DNA from: Octopus sinensis
Lineage: Eukaryota
DNA length: 6,034 bases
Assembly (NCBI RefSeq): GCF_006345805.1
Contig: NW_021829578.1
Location: 1-6,034 of the forward strand
Reading direction: 5' to 3'
Under the pieces are notes generated by a model. The model ran no database searches. It saw only the letters and a program-made list of their open reading frames with translations, and was not told the origin of the DNA. How positions within the stretch are numbered: the stretch's first letter is position 1; each line of letters starts with the position of its first letter. This document shows positions 1 through 6,034 of the stretch, piece after piece. The translations under genes and the position numbers were made by a program.

Positions 1-1316
1 GTGGTAGCAGACAGAGCGCATGAGAGAGGGGAGGACAGGAAGAGAGCGGAGAGAGAGAGATCCAGAGATGGGAGAGAGAGAGAGCAGAAGAAGAAGAGAG
101 AGTAGACAGAATGAGAGAAGAGAGAGAGCAGAAGAAGAAGAGAGAGTAGAAAGAATGAGAGAGAGAGAGCAGCACAAAGAGAGAGTGTAAGAAAAATAGC
201 AGACAGAGAGAAAGAGTGTGTGCGTGTATGTGTGGAGGGAGAAGCCAAAAAACGGAAAGAGAGAGAAAGAAAGAGAAAAAAAGGAAGAGAGAAAGTGGAG
301 GAAAGAAAGATGGGAAGACAGTGAGAGAGAAAGAGAGACTGAACCGGCGTATTCTGGCTTCAGACATATCCTGAAAAAAGAAGACAAACATAAAAAGGGA
401 AGGAGAGAGGGGAGAGAGAGAGAACAAGATATAATGAGAAGGAAAGAGAGAGATGAAGAGAGAGAAGGTCAGAATCTAAGCAGGGCAAAGGTAGTTATGT
501 AATGTGTATTGTTGAGAGAGAGAGGGGAGAGAGAGGGGAGAGAGAGGGGAGGGGGGGAGAGGGGAGAGGGGGAGAGAGAGGGGAGAGGGGGAGAGAGAGA
601 CCAACAGATAGACAGGCAGAGAGAGAGAGAGGAAGTAAAAGAGACCCAATATATTTTTGGTGAAGGAAAAAGAGAGAGAGAGAGAGAGAAAGTAGACTTG
701 TTGGAAGTGCGAAGAGAAGAGGAGAGATAATGACATGGTGAGAGAACGAAACAGTGAGAGAGAGAGAAATAGGGAATGAGAGAGTGAGTGAGAGAGAGAG
801 TTGGGTAGATATTGAAATTGGAAGGAAGTTGGAAGGAAAATGGGAGGAGAAGAAAGATAATAAGAATAAGGAGGAAGAAAAGAAAGAGGAGAAAGGGGGG
901 ATGAGAAGCAGACGATAAATGGAGAATGAAATAGGAAGGGAGAAAAGGAGTTTCCTGAGTGAGAGATGTGTTGATATAAGAGAGAGTGGGGGTGAGAAAG
1001 GTATATTTATATGAGGAGAGAGAGAGAGGGGGGAAGGTATGCGAAAGAAAGAGCGAGACAGAGAAAGAGTGAGTAAGTGAGAGAGAGAGGAGGGAGAATG
1101 AGATAGAGAATAAATAAAGTATGAGTAAACGGCAAAGAGAATGAGAAATGGGTTTGAGAGAAAGAGAGAGAGGAGAAAGATGGGGAGAAAGAGAGATAGA
1201 GATAGAGACAAATAGACAGACAGACAGACATGTAGACAGGTAGACAGGTAGACAGACAGGAAGACAGGCAGACAGACAGAATGAGAGAGAGATGGCAAGT
1301 AAGAAGAAAAGAAAAA
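1..1316. repeat. GA-rich polypurine low-complexity tract: degenerate (GA)n/(GGA)n, with (GACA)n at about 1214-1280
   Basis: Plus strand is overwhelmingly G/A with many (AG)n runs. Includes a 44-bp-period tandem duplication (77-118 vs 121-162). Confidence 0.95.
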
Positions 1317-1328
1317 TTAAGTTAAAAT

Positions 1329-1710
1329 GGAAGCACTCCGTCGGTTACGACGACGAGGGCTCCGGTTGATCCGATCAACGGAACAGCCTGCTCGTGAAAT
1401 TAACGTGTAAGTGGCTGAGCACTCCACAGACACGTGTACCCTTAACGTAGTTCTCGGGGATTCAGCGTGACACAGAGAGTGACAAAGGCCGCCCTTTGAA
1501 ATACAGGTACAACAGAAACAGAAGTAAGAGTGAGAGAAAGGGTTGTAGTGAAAGAGTACAGCAGGGATCACCACCATCCCTGCCGGAGCCTCGTGGAGCT
1601 TTAGTGTTTTTTCGCTCAATAAACACTCACAACGCCCCGGTCTGGGAATAGAAACCGCGTCCTACGACCGCGAGTCCGCTGCCCTAACCACTGGGCCATT
1701 GCGCCTCCAC
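1329..1710 (-). mobile_element. Full-length tRNA-derived SINE (family A; resembles octopus tRNA-Arg-related SINEs)
   Basis: Minus strand starts GTGGAGGCGCAATGGCCCAGTGGTTAGGGCAGCGGACTCGCGG. Pol III A-box TGGCCCAGTGG at 1698-1688 and B-box-like GGTTTCTATTCC at 1656-1645. Flanked by the perfect direct repeat TAAGTTAAAAT at 1318-1328 and 1711-1721. GC-rich island within AG-rich flanks. Family assignment is from recognition only. Confidence 0.9.
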
Positions 1711-1791
1711 TAAGTTAAAATATGAATGCAAGAAAACCGAGAGGGAAGAAGACGCAGATATGGTGAGAAAGAGAGTAGGAGGAGAAGCACT

Positions 1792-1822
1792 CACACACAC
1801 ACACACACACACACCACACACA

Positions 1823-1859
<37 letters not shown>
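1792..1859. repeat. (CA)n microsatellite, slightly interrupted
   Basis: Direct reading. Confidence 0.97.
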
Positions 1860-1860
<1 letters not shown>

Positions 1861-2181
1861 GTAGGTTGTAGAGGTGAGAACAAAAAAAAACAACAAGGAA
1901 TGAAGGAGAAAGAAGAGCCGTGATAGAAGAGGAGTTTTCTGTTGGTAAAGAACTTCAACAGACATGTTTTAGACAAGTTTCAATTAAATGCCTTTTTCTT
2001 GTCGAACAGCATTCAATACAACACTCTTTATCGAAATCCATGGCATTGGTTCATTTGAGTTATTTCCCTTAGCTCATTTTACTCTCATTTGTGAAAATGT
2101 TACTGGTCCCAAATCGTGCCTAACCTCTTCGTTCACTTAAAATTTCATATCAACTAATAAACAGCGAATTTGGTTAGACTG

Positions 2182-2225
2182 AACTGTGCTGATGAGGCAT
2201 AACAGACCGAAACTGCTCCGTGGTT
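2182..2225 (+). ncRNA. Degenerate minimal type I hammerhead ribozyme-like motif
   Basis: CUGAUGA at 2189-2195, short stem II GG/CC (2196-2197/2207-2208), GAAA at 2209-2212, UC at 2217-2218. Stem I AACUGUG (2182-2188)/CGUGGUU (2219-2225) is 7 bp with 3 G-U pairs. Confidence 0.5.
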
Positions 2226-2391
2226 AACCCCCTTGCCTACAAGGTTCAGGACGTGCTTCCATTAAGCATGTAAAGTTACTTTCAGTGATTAACTCTTAAT
2301 CTCTTGGTATTGTCTCCCTTTCTCTTTGAAAGTTGCCAACAAATGCCGCTAGGTTTTGATGTGCTTTTTGTGTTTTGTTTTTTCGTCAAGA

Positions 2392-2685
2392 GACGCTGGC
2401 AGTACAGCGTGTTTAAGAAGCTTGCTTTGCAACCGTGTGGTTTCGAGTTCAACCTCCCCTCGTGGCACCTTGGGCAACTGATTCTACTGTAGCTTTATGC
2501 CGTCCAATGCCTCCTCTGTGTATGTAGGTGTGTATGTATGTGTGTGTGTACGTATGTGTGTGACGTGTTCAAACCAACACTGGTTGGTTTGTTAACGTCC
2601 CCATAACTTAGCAGTTCGGCATAACAGATCAATTGAATAAATACAAAACTTCAGGAAAAAAAATATAAGTACCAGGGGTGGGCTC
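2392..2685 (+). mobile_element. Decayed copy of SINE family B (same family as 5238-5624)
   Basis: Colinear similarity to 5238-5550: TAAGAAGCTTGCT vs TAAGTAGCTTGCT, shared CGTGGCACCTTGGG and CCAATGCCT, internal TG-rich tract, GTCCCCATAACTTAGCAGTT vs GTCCCCGTTACTTAGCGGTT, ATAAGTACCAGGGGT vs ATAAGTCCCGGGGT. Ends are approximate. Confidence 0.8.
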
Positions 2686-2728
2686 TAACAGTTTTGCCGA
2701 TCCATCCCCGCTCCATTAGAGACAGTCA

Positions 2729-2776
2729 GAAAGATGAAAGGCAAAGTTGACCACGATGATATTCGAAATTAGAATG
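2729..2776 (-). mobile_element. Short decayed fragment of a third SINE family (Meta-domain-like)
   Basis: Minus strand GGTCAACTTTGCCTTTCATCTTTC resembles the MetaSINE central domain as recalled. Similar decayed pieces lie at about 3231-3275 (+) and 3543-3586 (+). Recognition only. Confidence 0.35.
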
Positions 2777-2927
2777 CAGGGTAATGGTTAAACACCAACC
2801 GGATGAGCTGATACCAGTTTCACTGTCACTAAACGACATTATCAAGGACTGGAGTGATGGTGTTGACGTTGCTGTTTTTGTTGCCGCAGCTGGTGTTCGT
2901 ATTCTTGTTTCTGGTGTTATTGTTGTA

Positions 2928-2948
2928 TAGACAGATAGACAGACAGAC

Positions 2949-3030
<82 letters not shown>

Positions 3031-3127
3031 GTCGGTAGGTATGTAGGTATGTAGGTAGGTAGGTAGGTAGGTAGGTAGGTAGGTAGGAGGTAGGTAGGTA
3101 GGTAGGTAGATAGACAAATAAACGGAC

Positions 3128-3223
<96 letters not shown>
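2928..3223. repeat. Compound tetranucleotide microsatellite (GACA)n-(GATA)n-(GGTA)n-(GATA)n
   Basis: Direct reading; source of the IYLS/YLPT pseudo-ORFs. Confidence 0.98.
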
Positions 3224-3660
3224 GGGCTGACATTTCTTTTTATCCCTCTGAGACCGATAAAATAAATCACCAGTTTCGACCTCAACATGGCCGCGCTTCG
3301 ATGACTGAATCCAGCAAAAGAATAGAAGAATACTTAATCTCTCAAATTTACCGTTTCTATTAAAATCGCCTCCTTTGTCTTGTCTTACCTCAGAGCAGAA
3401 GTCGAAGTCTAACATAAAGAAACCTGTTGGATATGTTCCGAAGTAAAGTATTATACACGTATCTAAATAAAATGTCTCAAAATTACTGGCCTTGGAACAA
3501 AATTTGAAACCAGTATTATATTATGAGAGAGAGAGTCGGACTAAATGCTTAGCGACATTTCTTCCAACTTTACGTTCTAAATTCAATCTTATATATACAT
3601 AAATAAATCTTGGAATTAAATAGTTTTAATTTACTGTCAGGTGACTTTTGGCCAACTCCG

Positions 3661-3730
<70 letters not shown>
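3661..3730. repeat. (TA)n-(TG)n compound microsatellite
   Basis: Direct reading. Confidence 0.97.
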
Positions 3731-3732
<2 letters not shown>

Positions 3733-3934
3733 CCGTGTGACCTCGTGCGTACCGTTGGCGATTTTTTTTCCTCTGTCTTCCCTTATCAGGATCTTTCTTT
3801 CTATGTTTCCGACGAAGAGTTCCGCTCGAAACGTTAAACCCTCCTTCTTTCCTTCTTTCCTGAGCGTCCAATAATACTATATTTGTTCCACGTCCTCGCG
3901 TTGTTGTGTTTTTGTACTTTCTTGTTGGATTAAC
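3731..3934 (+). mobile_element. Probable Penelope-like element terminal-repeat (pLTR) remnant carrying a minimal hammerhead
   Basis: About 200 bp of pyrimidine-rich sequence bounded by (TG)n and (TA)n arrays. Contains a minimal type I hammerhead, a motif class known to mark PLE pLTRs. Confidence 0.6.
3805..3839 (+). ncRNA. Minimal type I hammerhead ribozyme motif (dimer-type)
   Basis: Stem I GUUU (3805-3808)/AAAC (3836-3839). Core CCGACGA (3809-3815, U4C variant) plus an extra A. Stem II GAGU/GCUC (3817-3820/3824-3827). GAAA at 3828-3831. Palindromic AACGUU replaces stem III. Predicted site GUU, after 3835. Confidence 0.75.
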
Positions 3935-4013
3935 TATATATATATATATTATATCTATATATTATAATATATATATATAGATATATATATATTATATATA
4001 TATATATTATATA
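3935..4013. repeat. Imperfect (TA)n microsatellite
   Basis: Direct reading. Confidence 0.95.
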
Positions 4014-4031
4014 GTTGTTCGCCAAAAAAGT

Positions 4032-4833
4032 TCGTTTTCTATGTTTTTGTTTTTTATGTTCTCGTTTCTCATTCTATCCACGTTTTTTTATGTCCTGTTC
4101 CCATACATGCATGTATCTATACGTAGGTATGTAAAAATATGATTGTATATATGCATATATTTATATATTATTTATATAATTATATGACCGAACAACGCAT
4201 TCTTGTCAAAGTAAGTTTTATTTTAATAATTACGATGCGCACCCTTATTCAATCTCTTTTCTGTCTCTCTATCTCCCACTCTTGTCCTTCTTTCTTTCTG
4301 TGTTTCTCTCCCACCCTTTCCCTATTCTTCTCCTCTCCCCTTCACCGTTCCCTCTCTCTCACTCTTCCTCCTTGACTTTCTCGTTGATCACACGTGACTA
4401 ACGGCCATTCTCTCTCTCTTCCACTTCCTTCCTAAAGACAAGACCTGCTCGTTTTTCTAGCGTTCACCACCTCACCTCGTCTTGACTTAACAACCCTCAC
4501 CGTTTGTTTTTACTGTCTTGTTCTCACTGTCCTGTTTTTCTTACCACTTTAACCCACCGCAAAAAGTCCCAAAATTTATTAATTTGCTTTGCGGAAAGGA
4601 CTGTTTTAATGACGTCGCGTCTTGTCCCTACCTTCGAACGCGGAGTAGATAAAACAGGGGACAACTGATGAAGGGAATGTTCTTTATTTTGCATATCTCG
4701 GTTCTCTATTTGTTTGTTTTTTATGTTCTCGTTTCTCATTCTGTCCACGTATTTTTTATGTTTTAACCCATATGTGCATGTATATATACATATATATGTA
4801 GGTATGTACATATATTACGTATATATGCATATA
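4032..4833 (+). mobile_element. Probable truncated Penelope-like retroelement remnant bounded by ~130-bp direct repeats
   Basis: Direct repeat 4032-4159 vs 4698-4833, with 30 nt identical (4046-4075 = 4713-4742). Internal CT-rich tract at about 4253-4430, hammerhead-like motif at 4601-4675, possible GIY-YIG C-terminal relic at 4187-4253. Flanked by (TA)n on both sides. Confidence 0.55.
4601..4675 (+). ncRNA. Permuted hammerhead-like RNA motif, copy 1
   Basis: GUC at 4619-4621. Stem I UUGUCCC (4622-4628)/GGGACAA (4658-4664) abuts CUGAUGA (4665-4671). Stem III UCGCGU (4615-4620)/ACGCGG (4638-4643). GAA at 4636-4638 is one A short of GAAA. Possible stem II UUC (4633-4635)/GGG (4673-4675). Confidence 0.55.
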
Positions 4834-4902
<69 letters not shown>

Positions 4903-4931
4903 TATAGATATATATATATATATATAATACA

Positions 4932-4975
<44 letters not shown>
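4830..4975. repeat. Imperfect (TA)n/(TTA)n microsatellite
   Basis: Direct reading. Confidence 0.96.
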
Positions 4976-5189
4976 ACTCCAAGAAAGTTAGAGGTTGGTG
5001 AATCCAACCAACTAAGGGTAATATCCAATGTACTGCTGGTAGAATACCCAATTATTAATACACAAGTGTTTTCATTGCATTGCAATTACATTACCCTAGT
5101 GTATTAAATGGGTGACGGTAAAGAGATAATTTTACCATTAATTTATATAGCAATAAGAAAATGGAGGGGATCAATAGGTGGTTTATCAA

Positions 5190-5199
5190 ATATATATAT

Positions 5200-5237
<38 letters not shown>
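5190..5237. repeat. (TA)n microsatellite (5' flank of SINE B)
   Basis: Direct reading. Confidence 0.97.
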
Positions 5238-5624
5238 GGCGCAGGAGTGGCTGTGTGGTAAGTAGCTTGCTAACCAACCACATGGTTCCGGGTTCAGTCC
5301 CACTGCGTGGCACCTTGGGTAAGTGTCTTCTGCTATAGCCCCGGGCCGACCAATGCCTTGTGAGTGGATTTGGTAGACGGAAACTGAAAGAAGCCCGTTG
5401 TATATATGTATATATATATGCGTGTGTGTGTTTGTGTGCCTGTGTTTGTCCCCCCTAGCATTGCTTGACAACTGATGCTGGTGTGTTTATGTCCCCGTTA
5501 CTTAGCGGTTAGAATAAGTACTGGGCTTACAAAAGAATAAGTCCCGGGGTCAAGTTGCTCGATTAAAGGCGGTGCTCCAGCATGGCCGCAGTCAAATGAC
5601 TGAAACACGTAAAAGAGTAAAGAG
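5238..5624 (+). mobile_element. Near full-length tRNA-derived SINE (family B) inserted in a (TA)n array
   Basis: Starts GGCGCAGGAG. A-box TGGCTGTGTGG at 5248-5258 and B-box GGTTCAGTCCC at 5291-5301. Internal (TA)/(TG) tract at about 5401-5440. Short repeated tail GTAAAAGAGTAAAGAG. (TA)n on both sides. Second copy at 2392-2685. Confidence 0.9.
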
Positions 5625-5671
5625 TATATATATATATATATAATATATATATATATATCATATATATATAT

Positions 5672-5742
<71 letters not shown>
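5625..5742. repeat. (TA)n-(GATA)n compound microsatellite
   Basis: Direct reading. Confidence 0.97.
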
Positions 5743-5744
5743 TA

Positions 5745-5965
5745 TCATACATCAAGTACAGGACATCACCAACGAGTGAAAAATACGTAAACACATAATG
5801 AGAGACAAGTACGCAACAAAATACCACATGAAGTCTAACCCCTCCTCTGTTGTCGACTGTTAATTACTCCCTATTTCGAGCTTTCAACGATAATATAGGA
5901 AAACTTCATTAAACAGCAGCATCCAAAGATTTTTAAAATATAAAATTTCTGGGGAAATTTTATAT
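5745..5965 (-). mobile_element. Diverged relative of the 4560-4790 element end (probable PLE terminal repeat), inverted orientation
   Basis: Minus strand shares colinear blocks with 4561-4757: CCCAGAAATTTTAT vs CCCAAAATTTAT, CTGTTTAATGAAG vs CTGTTTTAATGACG, GGAGTA, GACAAC, and TCTCATTATGTGTTTACGTATTTTT vs TCTCATTCTGTCCACGTATTTTT. Ends are approximate; the element may extend beyond the window. Confidence 0.55.
5840..5916 (-). ncRNA. Permuted hammerhead-like RNA motif, copy 2
   Basis: Minus strand. Stem III CCUAU (5899-5895)/AUAGG (5874-5870); site AUA (H = 5894). Stem I UUAUCG (5893-5888)/CGACAA (5855-5850) with one A-C mismatch. Stem II CUC (5880-5878)/GGG (5842-5840). Complete GAAA at 5877-5874. 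Core CAGAGGA (5849-5843, U4A variant). Confidence 0.55.
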
Positions 5966-5973
5966 TTTGACTC

Positions 5974-6010
5974 CGTCTGTTATTCACACTGGTAGTGTGA
6001 ATGACGGACG
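5974..6010. repeat. 17-bp inverted repeat with 3-nt loop
   Basis: CGTCTGTTATTCACACT-GGT-AGTGTGAATGACGGACG gives 15 Watson-Crick pairs and 2 G-T pairs on the plus strand. Confidence 0.85.
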
Positions 6011-6034
6011 CAACGACAATTTTAGAAAAAAATA

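Noticed and set aside
218-1298. ORFs of 73-267 aa on both strands (R/E/K-rich or S/L-rich)
   Set aside because: Translations of the GA/TC low-complexity tract; no domain-like sequence.
1317-1619. 100-aa ORF
   Set aside because: Lies essentially within a tRNA-derived SINE; chance open frame.
1635-1710. Possible tRNA gene (A and B boxes)
   Set aside because: No complete cloverleaf; it continues into a SINE body bounded by a TSD. The same reasoning applies to the head at 5238-5310.
2800-2823. CGGATGA-GCTG-ATAC-CAGT, resembling a hammerhead core plus stem II
   Set aside because: Followed by TTCA rather than GAAA; no stem I or III support.
2726-3415. 229-aa ORF and overlapping ORFs with IYLS/YLPT repeats
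   Set aside because: All three minus frames stay open because (CTAT)n/(CTAC)n lack stop codons; microsatellite artefact.
4665-4700. Canonical type III reading of the 4619-4671 hammerhead-like motif
   Set aside because: No GAAA or stem III partner downstream of CUGAUGA; the only matching strand lies at 4636-4643, inside the stem I loop.
3661-5745. Repeat-spacer alternation superficially like a CRISPR array
   Set aside because: The repeats are variable-length microsatellites, the spacers are 200-800 bp mobile-element fragments, the context is eukaryotic, and there are no cas genes.
4524-5827. Several 61-126 aa I/Y-rich ORFs
   Set aside because: Translations of (TA)n/(GATA)n arrays and SINE sequence.

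Overview
Non-coding, repeat-saturated eukaryotic DNA with no credible protein-coding gene; all listed ORFs translate microsatellites, low-complexity tracts or SINE sequence. The SINE families and microsatellite density suggest a cephalopod, probably Octopus (recognition-based inference, no search run). The window holds a 1.3-kb GA-rich tract, several (CA)n/(TA)n/(GATA)n/(GGTA)n arrays, a full-length tRNA-derived SINE with an 11-bp target-site duplication (1329-1710, minus), a second SINE family as one young (5238-5624) and one decayed (2392-2685) copy, and several remnants resembling Penelope-like elements (PLEs). Four hammerhead-ribozyme-like motifs are visible. Two are minimal type I motifs (2182-2225, 3805-3839). 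The other two (4601-4675 plus, 5840-5916 minus) are homologous to each other, show compensatory stem changes, and place the three hammerhead strands in an order that is not type I, II or III. They are a candidate permuted, pseudoknotted or trans-acting hammerhead architecture and the main finding here.
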